The notes beneath the pieces were generated by a model. That model worked only from the letters and a program-made list of their open reading frames with translations, did no database searches and was not told the DNA's origin. Below are positions 26,299 through 39,086 of a DNA stretch of 64,000 nucleotides, in pieces. The stretch's first letter is position 1. The number at the start of each line of letters is the position of its first letter. The stretch is taken from contig NC_043009.1 in the NCBI RefSeq assembly GCF_006345805.1, positions 15,004,001-15,068,000 on the forward strand. The letters run 5' to 3'. The translations under genes were made by a program, and so were the position numbers. This stretch comes from Octopus sinensis (taxonomy: Eukaryota).

Positions 26299-27495
26299 AA
26301 CCACTGTCACTGATTTCGAAAAACTGTCTGAAAGCAATAATAAATATCTGAACGAGATGTAAACTGTAACCGCTCGACAACGTAAAGTATACTAGCCACC
26401 TCTACCTGTCTGACTATTTATCCATCTATCTATATGCCTATCAGACCTACCTATATTTCTATCCATTCATCTCCATTGTCAAAACAACATACGCAATGTT
26501 CTCTTGTAAAGAAAGCCCTCCAAACACATGTTTTTTACATAAATAAACAAGCTGATTGTACATTGAAAGTGTGGGTGTTACTGTAGCTTTTAGCCTCAGG
26601 AGATCATCGTCTCCAGCTGGCTTTAGGCACACTTTCTGTGCACTTACGATATTTGCAAAGGGAGGTCATCCCCTCTCGTAAACCTAAGTGATACGCACGG
26701 ACCGCAATTTCGAGGTTTTTGCCTCTTGTCAACGTATGGTAATCACCGGTTTTCGATGATGAGAGACCTGTTTGCGAATATATATTTAATATTTTTCCCA
26801 GTAACCACTGTCACTGATTTCGAAAAAATGTCTGAAAGCAATAATAAATCTCTGAACGAGCTGTAAACAGTAACAGCTCGACAAACGTAAAGTATACTAA
26901 CCATCTCAATATGGCTAACCACTAAGGATGGGTGTTACTGTAGCTTGTAGCCCCAGGAGATCATCGTCTCCAGCTGGCTTTAGGCACACTTTCTGTGCGC
27001 TTATGATATTTGCAAAGGGAGGTCATCCCCTCTCGTAAACCTAAGTGATACGCACCGTTAGCAGGATGGGACAACGAAATATTGGTTTGTCTAGATTGAA
27101 GTTGACTTTAGCAACAATAACAATATGATGGTGTGAATAATTATGATGACGATGACAAGGATAAAGATCTGGTAGGAACATATGTCGGTGCTACTGGTAG
27201 ACATCATACACACACACACACACACATACACACACATTGTCCCATTCCGCTAACGCATCCTAATATTCTCTGAACGGTGCGTATCACTTAGGTTTACGAG
27301 AGGGGATGACCTCCCTTTGCAAATATCATAAGGGCACAGAAAGTGTGCCTAAAGCCAGCTGGAGACGATGATCTCCTGGGGCTAAAAGCTACAGTAACAT
27401 CCACTCTTAGTCGTTAGCCATATTGAGATGGCTAGTATACTTTACGTTGTCGAGCGGTTACTGTTTACATCTCTTTGAGAGATTTATTATTGCTT
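26299..27495. mobile_element. Rearranged cluster of a structured, RTE-tailed non-autonomous retroelement (two direct copies and one inverted copy)
   Basis: Blocks repeat at 26299-26400 and 26802-26905, and at 26571-26698 and 26930-27056; inverted at 27272-27495; RTE-like tail on the minus strand near 26735-26770. Confidence 0.6.
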
Positions 27496-27622
27496 ATTTT
27501 TATTTCATTCTATTTTAATTATTTAATTAAAATCATTCAAGTTGCAAATACTATACTAAAGTACATTTCATCAAAAAATTCTCTCCAAAATTGAATGTTT
27601 AAAAGAAAATAGGAAACCGTAC

Positions 27623-27644
27623 CTTTTCTTTTCGAAATATCACT
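27623..27644 (-). other. Candidate 22-nt microexon
   Basis: About 55-nt almost pure polypyrimidine tract + TAG | AGTGATATTTCGAAAAGAAAAG | GTACGG. Confidence 0.35.
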
Positions 27645-28189
27645 CTAAGAGGAGGAAAGAAACAAAAGGGGGAACGAAGGAAAAGGGAAGAGAGAAAGAA
27701 AGGTAAATGACTTTCAGTGAACACACTGCATCTGTCTCTTTCTTTCTTTCTGTTTTGAAGAAGTCACCATCCTTAAACTCATTCCAATATGATGATTAAT
27801 AATTAAATAAATGAATGGTGAATAGGAATGGGGATCGCCCTTTTCTCTAACGCACTCCCCCTAGCTGTCTGACTATTTATCTATCTATACATTGGCGTAT
27901 CAGACCTACCTATATTTCTATCTATTCCTCTCCATTGTCACTCAAAACAACATACGCAATGTTCTCTTGTAAACAAAGCCCTCCAAACACATGTTTTTTT
28001 ACATAAATAAACAAGCTGATGGTACATTGAAAAAACTTCTATTTGATGAGTTCGAGATACGAACGAAAGCGCTAAAAATAATGAAGAAATAAAAATATTG
28101 TTTTCAAAAATTCTGACGACTTTTTTCTTAATACTCAATTTCTGTACGTTACACCTAACACTCTATATATATACATACATACACACACT

Positions 28190-28260
<71 letters not shown>

Positions 28261-28670
28261 ATGGACACTCCAGTCGGTTTCGACTGATGAGAGTCCGACA
28301 GCCTATTCTTTCTTTGTCGGTCCTAATGCTTGTTTGATTCCCACCAATTATTTTCAAAGAGGCCCACAGATGCTGCAATTATAAGGATTACAGGTCAGTG
28401 CAGGTGTATATTTTCAGCTGCCTTTCTCCTTTCTCTTCCACCCAAATCCTGTTAATGCTGGTTGCAGCAAAGTTTCTGATAACATTTTGACACAACTATT
28501 TCCATTGTGTTCGCCCCAACGTTGTTCGCCCTATGGTGTTGTGAGCTATATTCACTGCTAAGAGGTTATTCACTTCAGCTCGTCCTTAAATCTGAGCCAT
28601 GGTCGACCGACATTCTTGCGCTTACTATCCAGCTGTCTGTACATGAGAACTTTGGGTATTCTTTCGTCAC
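28261..28670 (-). mobile_element. RTE-type LINE 3' end, degenerate
   Basis: Minus-strand GRPWLRFKD motif; tail ...gtcgaaaccgactggagtgtccat-(TA)n parallels the RTE tail at 54125-54165. Confidence 0.65.
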
Positions 28671-29692
28671 TCATTCTTGCAGTAAAAAATTACATAGGGT
28701 ATTATGATCAATTTATTTCTGTATTAAATCTGTTTTAGTAAAGTTTTGATTAATTTTCTTCGAGAAATTAACTAAGGCTGATCGTCATACAACTTGCTGA
28801 TACAGGGCGAGAAATCCCAATCTCAATAAACTTATTTTTAGAATATGACACTGATTGTATTTCTTCAAATCAAGACAAATTGTAATTAGTAAAATTTACT
28901 GAATATATTTAAAAACTACAAATGATGTGAAAAACATCATCCTGTTTAAAACTAATTAAAAATGAAATTGTTCAGTGTACAAATAATTAATTTAATGCAT
29001 TTTCCATAATTATCACAATGTTTCAGTGAAAAAGAAATATATAGATTTTTTCCTGATATATTACTAGATTTTACAGTCTAATGTTGTAACGAAAATAATT
29101 AAGTTTTACATTTTGCTTTATTGATCGCTAAGACGCATAAATATTCTTATAATTACTCACGTTCTAAATAATGAGTTTTAGAAAATTTCTGTTCTTGGGT
29201 GTAGTCATCAATAAAAATAAGATTTGTGCTATGTAGTAAAGGAATATTTATATTCCATAAGAATATTTTTATTATCTTATCATAGCGCTATCACCTTGAA
29301 TACAACTAGCGTCACTTTCTCGACCAAGATATATTTATAGCCAAATACCAATGTCATGTCCATATAAGAATAATTCCAGAATGAAAACAAGCAATTAATT
29401 ATAAAAGAAAATTATACTATCATATTCAATTTCATAAATTTGGTGAGAAAGATAGGTTTAAACAGTCTCGGTTAATTGACTAAATACACAATTAAATACA
29501 ATAGAAGTAAAATATTTCCATGGAAATGAAAATGTAAAGTTTGAGAAACCGGAGAGAAATAGGAGATCTGCCTAAGAGAATTCAATCACAGAAACTTCAA
29601 AAGGAAGATTTGTAATGTCAGCGTTCTAGAAAAAAACGGTCATAACTTGACATGTGAAAATCCTTTTCAAAGAGCATCGTTTTTCATCATTT

Positions 29693-30071
29693 ATATCAAA
29701 ACTTGTGAAGGATTAAGTACATGGATGAAAAAGAATATTTGGGTGTGTTAGCGGGATGGAACAATGAAATATTGGTTTAATTAGATTGAATGTGACTTTT
29801 GCAGCAATAACAATATGATGGTGTGAATAACTATGATGACGACGACAAAGATAAAGATCTGGTAAGAACATATGTTGGTGCGACTGGCACACATCACACG
29901 CACACACACACATTGTTGTTGTTGCTAAAATCAACTCCAATATTTCATTGTCCCATCCCGCTAATGCATCATAATATTCTTAGATTTTGTCTGCTTTCAT
30001 ATTTCGTTTTTATTTTTATATTATCAGATCCCTTGTTATCCATGTACTTTATCCTTCACAAGTTTTGATAT
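29693..30071. mobile_element. Fold-back / MITE-like element
   Basis: Nested inverted arms: atatcaaaacttgtgaaggat..gtacatggat / atccatgtac..atccttcacaagttttgatat and ttagcgggatggaacaatgaaatattgg / ccaatatttcattgtcccatcccgctaa. Confidence 0.7.
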
Positions 30072-30176
30072 TATAAGTTTTGATAGAATAGTTGAGATTC
30101 AGAAGATTTAGGTTGAAGCACCAACAATTAGTGCGGATTTATCCGTACAGTTTCAAATGAGGTGAATAAAATCAAA

Positions 30177-30515
30177 ATAAGCAACAGGATATCCAGAGGT
30201 GATGCAGTACGATCGTTTCAAGCGACTCCATTTAATTGAACAATGCAATCATTACATCAATTTAAATGTAGAGCTATCCTCAGCTGCATAAATAAATAAA
30301 TAAATGTAATTTATCTAATCAGTCGGACACATTTGTATACTTTTAGATAAATCATCTAAAAGAGTAAGAAGACAGACAAAGTCCATGATGTATTCACATC
30401 AGCTTAGAAGCTACTTCAGGAAAAAAAGCGTGTTAGAGATATATGATTTCATTGTTCAATTAAATGGAGTCGCTTGAAACGATTTTACGGCATCACCTAT
30501 GGATATCCTGTTGCT

Positions 30516-30518
<3 letters not shown>
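30177..30518. mobile_element. Penelope-like pLTR inverted pair
   Basis: Arms 30177-30252 and 30443-30518; the right arm ends in (TA)n; hammerhead on the minus strand. Confidence 0.75.
30202..30289 (-). ncRNA. Type I hammerhead ribozyme
   Basis: atgcag-CTGAGGA-tagctctacatttaaattga...tcaattaaatggagtcgctt-GAAAC-gatc-GTA-ctgcat; 6-bp stem I, palindromic stem III ACGATCGT. Confidence 0.85.
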
Positions 30519-30546
<28 letters not shown>

Positions 30547-30639
30547 CATTTCTAAATATCTCAGAGAGATTTATGCAGTAGTGGTACGATAAAGTAGTTC
30601 TATATTGTCAAATTAATGTAACAATCCCATGAAGGGAAT

Positions 30640-30765
30640 CATACTATTGCTATTTAGCCCTAAGAAGCAGCAGCGCTTCCTGCCGGCCTTGACTCATTTC
30701 CTGTGTCCTTATGTTTGCAATGGGGGGATAAGCACCACCACCCAGCTAAGCCTGCAGCCAGAGAT
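30640..30765. repeat. Diverged copy of the structured repeat family seen at 26.5-27.4 kb
   Basis: tactattgctatttagccc..gaagc/gcttc..ctgtgtccttatgtttgcaa resembles gttactgtagcttttagcc..ggaga/tctcc..ctgtgc.cttatgatatttgcaa. Confidence 0.55.
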
Positions 30766-30779
30766 TAGTTTCTGACTCA

Positions 30780-31012
30780 TATTGGTTTCAAACTTTGGCT
30801 TAAGGCCATCAGATTTGGAGAAGAGATAAAGTTGAATACATGAATTCCATGTTCAGCCGGTACATATCTCATTTTGTTACGTATTTTATAGACCCCGTAA
30901 AGTTGAAATGCAAAGTCGACCTCGGCAGAATTTCAACTCAGAAGGTAAAGACGAACGAAAGGCCGCTAACGATTTTGTCCGACGTGATAACGATTCTTCT
31001 TCCTCGCCGCCT
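30780..31012 (-). mobile_element. SINE family B
   Basis: gaccccgtaaagttgaaatgcaaagtcgacctcggcagaatttcaactcagaa...ctcgccgcc. Confidence 0.8.
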
Positions 31013-31539
31013 TCCCGTCTGTTTATATCCAGGAGATGAATAATTCATCTAAATGTGCAGGTTCGCTTTATTAGGTGTAAACCACATCTGTCCTAGAAAT
31101 AGGAAATAATATATGTTTTTCAACGCATGTTTATCCCCCAAGGAATATATAAGTTTCAGTTGTGCGGTGTGAAATAGAATGTCAGTAGTGTAATGGCGAC
31201 ATATCTACGTAGATGCACATAGTCAGCCAACGAAAAGTAAACAAGCAGGGTCATAAAAAATAATATCATTTTACTCTGCTAGTATTATGCTTGTGCCGAA
31301 TTTACATATCGCTTATATCGTGTTTACATTTATCTGTTACACATACATGATTAGCAAATATAAGCTACCAATTCTACACAAATATACACAAATATTGTAG
31401 AAGCAATATTCGCAATGTTTATGTACATACCTACACAGATAAAGCGACACACCTGCATTCAAAATATCTGGTAACATACAAAATATGTGAATATATATAC
31501 ACATACAACTATATAAGTACAGACATTTAACTATGTGCA

Positions 31540-31614
<75 letters not shown>

Positions 31615-34316
31615 GTGTACATATGTGAATGACAGATGTGTATTTACGTAGACACACACACTTACACCCAAGCTCTGTGACTGAAATAATTAAATGCAAC
31701 CGTTATCTTAGATGTTCAGTATAACATTATATTTTTAAATGTATAAATACCAAATTGAAGCTTATTTGTATGTTTAGGCAAAAACGTATCCCGGAATTTG
31801 TAAATTACTGAAGAGGATCTTTAGTCGTCTTAGAAACTTAGGTAAAAACTGTACAGTATCACAACACGCTTTAAAAATAGTAGAAGTACACCAACAGGGA
31901 AGCAGAATTTGTTATTGTAGAATAAGATACTTTGTACATTAAGTAAGAAGTTCAATCATATTACGTTTCACTTCACATTGTTCAGATCGATGAAAGAAAA
32001 TATGTAAGTGATCACCCGTCACTTTCATTTCCATCACCAACATTTTCTTTGAGGAGCAATTTGTTTACCATCAATGAGATGCACTTCCTGCTCGTTTTGC
32101 CCCTGTCAGATATATTTTCCAGTCTTATACTTATTCTGAAATTTTCTATTCAAATATTACTATATTCATTACATTAATATCTCTTGTGTAGATACTGTAT
32201 AAGTGTCCTCTAAAATCATCAGTTATATGTTCACATTATTACAAGTCATTCTATCATTGCACAGTATTTTCATACGGTTTTAATTCAAGATAAGTGTTAT
32301 AGCCAGGATACTATTATTGAAGAGGGAATATGTATCATCAATCAACACAGACTCTATAATTCTGGACCACTTCTAGCTTGTAATTCAGCAATATTATCCT
32401 TTTATAATTCCGTTACGTTGCAACAAATCAATCAAGTTAAACATGGATTTGCTTCGGGTTTTCAATAAATAGCAATATCAGTTATTACTAGATGATATCC
32501 ATGATATACTTACGTCTTTAGATTTTATCGTAACCTTTTCATTTCTTTTCAAATATCAAAATATCAAAGCATCTAATGTCATGTAACATATTTTGCCAAT
32601 TAATTTTACTTCCTTAATATATTTTACGATGACATTTGGTTCTTATAAACATATTTTTGGTAATATATATTCGCATTATTCAGTCTAATTGTGTATTCTC
32701 AGTTATTCCTGTTCATCTCTATATTTCTTTATTTAATACAATATACATCCTTAATCTCTTGATTTAATATAATTTCTAACCAATCTGCTTTAAACAAAAA
32801 TAAATCTGAAGAGAACGAAAAGAGGTATGAAGTTATATAATGCAACTTGAGACGGATGTTTTTCTTTCTTTATTGAATTGAAAGCAGATTTGAACGGCAA
32901 TGTTGGGAAATTTGTATTCCATTAACTATATTAATTTTTATATATTTTATTATATGCTCTATTCGCTGTTTAACATACGCACGAAGAAAAACGAAAATGT
33001 ACTCTCGATTCACAATCAAATCAATGTTGATATTCTGTTGCAGATGCAGAGATACAAGAACACAGACAGACATAATCAAATCTAATCATGTTTTGTTTGG
33101 AATACTAGCAAATATTTCTCAAAATATTATTGAAAATATTGATATGAACGTGATATATAAGAGAAAAAATGTGGAACATGCAATAAGATCTGCCTTTTTA
33201 TCAGAAAGAAACATATTTTAGCTGTTCGATAAATGTTTTATTTCACGTTATCTCTAAATGAATATATCTTTAACGAGGTTCCAGTTCTCATTTATTCTGT
33301 TAATGACTAACATGCACCTTAAAATGGTGCACACACGCCCACACAGGTACTCACACACACATACACACACATAAACACAATCACACACATACACACATAT
33401 GGTGGTTGTCTTCTCCTTCTGCAGAGTTTCACCACCCCCTGTACCATCATGGTATATGCAGTGGCTTTTAAAACCAGACAATGTTTTGAAAGAACACCCA
33501 TATAGATTACAAACCGATTTGGACCACCAAGAGCTGCAGTTAAGTTCTTATATTTGTGGATCTTAAATGTCAGCTGGCATGGTTGCATTCTTCTGATTTT
33601 ATGAAGATTTGTTTTTCTATATATGCTTGACGTCGCTCTGATCATATAATAGTTATTGATTTTTCTGAATATTACATTCGATTTCTAAATTAACCATACT
33701 TTCTAACACTCGGTCAAGGAATTTGAACTTCGCACATCCCCAACGTGCCCCAGATACACAATACCAATAACACACTCAATGTGGGACGTTTCACGGAACG
33801 CCTTCACATGCCAAAAGAGAAAAAACTCCTGCCTAACCGATCTTACTACGTAAATAGATGGTAGTCGGAAGATGGGGCATTTACTACTAGTCAGTTCTAG
33901 CGACACCGGTTCACGAATTGCTTTCAGGACAATGTTATGTATTGCAGGACTTATACTATTTAGAAAAAGCACACTAAAATCCGCCGCTTAATATCCCCCT
34001 GCAAGCAGCTCTCTGATTTGTTCTAGAGAATTTGTTGCAATTGGTTTCTACAGAGTCATATCCCAATGATGACCATGTTCGTTCCAAAAGACAAAAATCA
34101 TGTAAAAAAATCGCCGAAAACAATCGTAGTAAAACATAGGAATCCAAAATTTCAAGATTGCAGGTCCGGATTCAGTCTGGGACGTTTTTAATTAAATCAT
34201 GGAGTCAACCTGGAACCAGAATGCTATGATATATTGGTCTACGGCCTCTAAGAGTAAAAGATGAAAAAGTGGGACACACTGACACACCGAAATTCACATT
34301 TAATATATTATATATA

Positions 34317-34718
34317 GGCATAGAAGTGGCTGTGTGGTAAGTAGTTACCGACCACATGGTTCCGGGTTCAGACCCACTGCATGGCACCTTGGGCAAATGT
34401 CTTCTACTATAGCCTCGGGCCGATCAAAGCCTTGTGAGTGGATTTTGGTAGACAGAAACTGAAAGAAGCTCGTCGTATATATGTATATGTATTTGTGTGT
34501 GCATGTGTTTGTGTGTGTGTGTTTGTCCCCCCAACATCTCTTGACAACCGATGCTGGTGTGTTTACGTCCCCGTAACTTAGCGGTTCGGCAAAAGAGACT
34601 GATAGAACAAGTACTAAGCCTACGAAGAATAAATCCTGAGGTCGATTTGCTCGACTAAAAGTTGGTGATCCAGCATGGTCACAGTCAAATGATTGAAACA
34701 AGTAAAAGGGTGAAGAGT
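34317..34718 (+). mobile_element. SINE family A, full length
   Basis: Colinear with the reverse complement of 6492-6901. Confidence 0.9.
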
Positions 34719-34738
34719 ATATTATTATAGTATATCAA

Positions 34739-34930
34739 GGCGATAAGCTGACAGAATCGTTAGCACGGTGGGCGAAAGGCTTAGCAGTATTTCGTCCGCC
34801 GTTGGGTTTTGAATTCGTATTCCGCTGTGGTCGACTTTGCACTTCATCCTTACGGGGTCGATGAAATTAGTTCCGGTTACGTACTGGGGTCGATGTAATA
34901 GACTTAATCCTTTTCCTCAAAATTTGAGGT
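34739..34930 (+). mobile_element. SINE family B
   Basis: ggcgataagctgacagaatcgttagcac...gtcgactttgcacttcatccttacggggtcgat. Confidence 0.85.
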
Positions 34931-35064
34931 CTACTGAAAGGATCTATTAAAGTTGAAAAAATGTGACACTGACATTCTCATTTATTATATAAATGTTTCA
35001 TTTTGAGGAAACTATTTCAATTAAAGTGTATTTTATATGTATATGCGTCGTGAACAGATTTTAA

Positions 35065-35840
35065 TCTTCTCTCTTCGCTCCTTTGACCCACATGGGCTCA
35101 ACTCTCCTCTCTTCTTCCTCTAACCTTCTCCCCTCTCCTCTCTCCCTCTCAAACCTACTTCTTACCACCCACCTCTCGTGTCTTGCTCCGACTCCTGCTT
35201 CTTCTCTTCACTCCTACTTTCTTTTTCTCTTCTCTTCCTTCCTACCTACATGCACCCTTCCCCCTCTCCCCTCAGCATCACCCTTCACTTGTAAACCACC
35301 CTTAAATAATCCAACCCCACCTTCCCTATACATCCCAGCCAACCCCATCACTTACACCCACTACCATATACCCCACCTCTACCCCACCCTCAGCCTACCC
35401 ACATACTCCACCTCTACACCCTCCTGCAGCCTAACCCATACCCTACTTTGTTTCCCTACTCTCACCTCCCCTACCTCCCAACACTATCAAACCACACCAC
35501 ATCACACACCACTACTCTATATACTACCATACCACACAAAAGCACATCACATGACACCACCACGCGCACCTTCGTTTTGGAATCACTCTAGTTTATTATC
35601 TCCCCTTCTTCCCAGCTCTCCTGTGTGAACCATCTGTCTGGCATTCGCCATGATATATCACTAGCCACTACACATTTTTTTATTTTCTCTCCTTGGTTCT
35701 TTCTGTGTTCCTTTCTGTGGAAGAGCGTAGGCTCGAAACGTTAAAGACTTTTTCACTTCCCGAGCGTTAAACTAATACATCTGTTTTTTTACTATACCAC
35801 CTGTCTTCGTCTTTGTTTTTTTTTTGTGAATTATCCCCTT
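35065..35840 (+). mobile_element. Penelope-like 3' region: C-rich low-complexity tract plus pLTR with a hammerhead-like motif
   Basis: G-poor tract 35065-35630 followed by the motif at 35711 and a T-rich tail into a TA/TG microsatellite. Confidence 0.55.
35711..35746 (+). ncRNA. Variant minimal hammerhead
   Basis: cttt-CTGTGGA-a-gagc(gtag)gctc-GAAAC-GTT-aaag; A6 substituted, stem III reduced to the ACGT palindrome. Confidence 0.5.
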
Positions 35841-35922
35841 ATATGTGTGTGTGAGTGTATGTGTGTGTATAAAAATAAGACTTACTTGGAAATGGATGCG
35901 TAGCGCTCAATCAATTAATATA

Positions 35923-35958
<36 letters not shown>

Positions 35959-36199
35959 GTGTGTATATATATATGCATATATACACACGCATATATACCT
36001 AGATATGTATGTATATAGGTATGCATATATGGGCACAGGATGTCATAAAACGTAAACAACATGAAATAGGAAAATAACGTTGGATATGCAAAGAACGAGG
36101 GAAAGAAATGGATAACAAATCAAGTAAAATAAAAAAGCGACCCTTCATCAGTTGTCGGCTGTCCTTCTACTCCTTTGCCCGAAATAAGTTTTAATTATT

Positions 36200-39070
36200 T
36201 GGTGAGATTTTGAGTGTCCTTGAAAATATATGTCCTTCTAAATATCGTTAGAACTTTTGTGTACCTGATGAACTTTCAAAAAATGCTGTAAAAGCTGATT
36301 TCCTATTCCCCTGAGCCATTGGGAACATTTTGACAAAAATTTACTTTGAAATATGAGTATTCGTTTTTACTTTCTGGACAAATGATATGTGATAAACTTA
36401 TTGACGCCGGGTTGGAAAACGTAGCTGAAACTTTTCCAGAAATTCCAATACAACCAACCATTTTTTTCTCACACGGAATTTCTAAGATACAACCCACACC
36501 GCACACTGTTCATTCATCACACTAGGAACAATCATTTTGTTTTGTCGATCAATTTTTTTCGATGTTTATATTTGTGACAGTTTGAACAAACCAATTACGC
36601 AGGAACTAATGGCACAAATAAAAACGTTGTACTCAACACAAACATTATTCCTAAAATTCAACAATTTCATATAATTAATCCCCAAGTTGGCGCATATGAT
36701 TGTGGCCCTTTTGCCCTGGCGTATGCATTTGACCTGGTCATTAGAAACGCTCCAGAGAACTTTCTATTTGATCAGTCAAAAATGTGAGCACATTTAAAAT
36801 TTTGCTTCGAAAATAATAAATTTCTTCCTTTTCCGAAAATACAGGTTTTGCAAATGTCTACAAAAACTACAGAAGTCACTCACTTTCTATCACCCACCCA
36901 GAAATGGATTACCCCTGAGAAGACGACTAAAAATTATAACTTCTCACATGAATATTCAGAACAAATGTTTTCACCCAGTAGGTTCTGTGTTTTAAGTAAA
37001 TATTTCTAACAAAGCCCAAAAACTAGTCCGAAATCTAATGAGATGAAGACTCTTAAAACCCCTTGCCCGGGAAAAGCCATCACACCAGAGAATAAGTCGG
37101 TCACAAAATTTTTCTAAACTAAAACTTTCACCCGACGATGTCAGCTCAAGGGCTATTTCAGTTTGTCCTCCATCACAAGTTGAAGGAATATGTTTTCGAA
37201 AAAAATGGCTAATTAGGAGCTGAACATAAAAAATTACGATGTTCGATTCTGGCATAATTGGATTGAAAAGAATCCCAGATGGTATCCTGATAAAGTTCGT
37301 AATTGACGTTCACAAGCACTACTGGCATTTCTTGAATCTTGTCAGGCAGGCATTGGAGAAAGGCTTATGACAAATGGAAAGAAATCCTAGAATAAACTCC
37401 CAAATCAGCAACGTTACGCACTCCGACGTCTAGCTAATAACGATTGTAATGTTATTGAGGTGGCGGATAATGGAGGCGCTATCGTAATTATGGACAAAAG
37501 TAAGTATGTTTCGGCTTCTGCGGAAGTTTTAATTAGCAAAACTTCATATGAAGAATTACCTGTCGATGCAAAACGCAATTACAGAAAGGAATGTTACAAA
37601 ATAATTCTGGAAATGGAGGAAAAGCAATTTCATGAATAGGTACGAATCCAGTATTTTACGGTCAGAAAGAAGAACACCTGTATTTTATGGTCTCCGTAAA
37701 ATACACAATTTACAGCAAATATGAATGTTGTACGGCCAAAATTTCGGAATGTGTGGATGGCTTTCTACTCACCGTTGCAAAAAGATCAAGTTCCTATATT
37801 CAGGATACTTTTGATTTCGTGTCTATGATCGACAACTTTTTTAAAGCACCGAGGCCGTGTCGAGAACAGTTTTTTGGTAACCATGGATGTTTCTTCCTGA
37901 TATCACAATGCTGACTACGATGAAGGAGTAGAAGCATGCATGAGTGCATTCGAAAAGCGGTCAAACAAAGGTATTCCATCAAATTACTGGAAATAAACAA
38001 ATGCTTTTGTACATCCTTATGTCAAACGCAGTTACAGTGAATCACAATTAAAGGACATAGCAAATAAAATAGCTAAAATAAGCAAAGATAGTGAAACTTT
38101 CACGCATAATTTTAGCAAACACAATACAATAGAACACAGAATTCCTTCAGTGATTAATTGACACCTAAATCTCGCTGGCATTTCAATAAGTCTTGCATGA
38201 AAGTTACCAGCATGTGATGAAAAGATATCCACGTTTGAAACAGATATTACCTCAGCCGCCTACCGACAAAATGAGAGTATGAGAGAATTATCGACTTCTT
38301 TTTCTGACTCCAAGAAAACAAACATTGGAGTATCCTCATGAGAGGTAAGCCGTGTTAATTGTGCAACAACCTGAGTCAAGTGAATTCCATTAGGATTTAT
38401 ACACCATTTGGTGTACGCGGCAAAATGCACAAAACACAACTTAATTTATGCTGGTTGTACAACAGAATAATTAAACAAAAGGTTTTAAATGGGCACAGAT
38501 TCGACGTCAGGCACAATAACAGTAGTTCGAAAGAACTTGCAGAGCATTTCGTTTCAAACGGCTGCAATTTTGAAAAAGACTTGTAAATTCATATTCTCAG
38601 TAAATATTCTGAATCTGATTCACTTTTACTTTCAGAATGCATGAGTAGAAATATATTTGCCGGTTATTAACATCACGCCTTAGATGAATGAATAAAATGA
38701 CAGGAGAATATAATCAGATTTATGCAAAATTGTATAAATTGAATATTCTTCCTTTTCCTTTTCTTTCTTTCTTTACTCATTTTTTTCTGTCTTCTTATTT
38801 TGTCGTTTTCTCTCCGCCTGTTATAAAATTGAAACTTATAGACATAATGTCATTCCATCAACATGTGGACGCTGGTTGCTCTCGTTCATACTTTAGATTT
38901 GAATTTCTGTAATTTTGAATTTTTATCACTTCCTATTTTGAACTTGACGAAGACAGATTTACTGTTGAAATATCGTTCAACCAATAAAATATCTAATACA
39001 ATCGAATCGCACTCTTCATTTAGACAGTTTACCATTGTGAAGAATTACGTCAATCCTTTCAAAAATTTTA
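36200..39070 (+). mobile_element. Degenerate Penelope-like element (RT and GIY-YIG remnants, internal deletion)
   Basis: VIEVADNGGAIVIMDK, TPVFYGLRKIH, SSYIQDTFDF, FLVTMDVSS and LNGHRFDVR..ELAEHF; 3' hammerhead; the 5' boundary is uncertain. Confidence 0.8.
38938..38980 (+). ncRNA. Minimal type I hammerhead at the PLE 3' end
   Basis: ttgaac-TTGACGA-a-gacag(attta)ctgtt-GAAAT-ATC-gttcaa. Confidence 0.65.
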
Positions 39071-39086
39071 TTATTATTATTATTAT

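Noticed and set aside
28283-28330. CTGATGA followed by a hairpin on the + strand
   Set aside because: No GAAA or stem III; better explained as the antisense of an RTE 3' tail
31808-31850. CTGAAGA...GAAAC-ttag-GTA
   Set aside because: Stems I and II do not pair convincingly; likely chance or heavily decayed
35083-35628. 181-aa P/S/L/T/H-rich ORF
   Set aside because: A G-poor low-complexity tract that lacks stops by composition; it sits in a PLE-like tail
36140-36185. Minus-strand CTGATGA in a PLE-like repeat
   Set aside because: The remaining hammerhead elements could not be found
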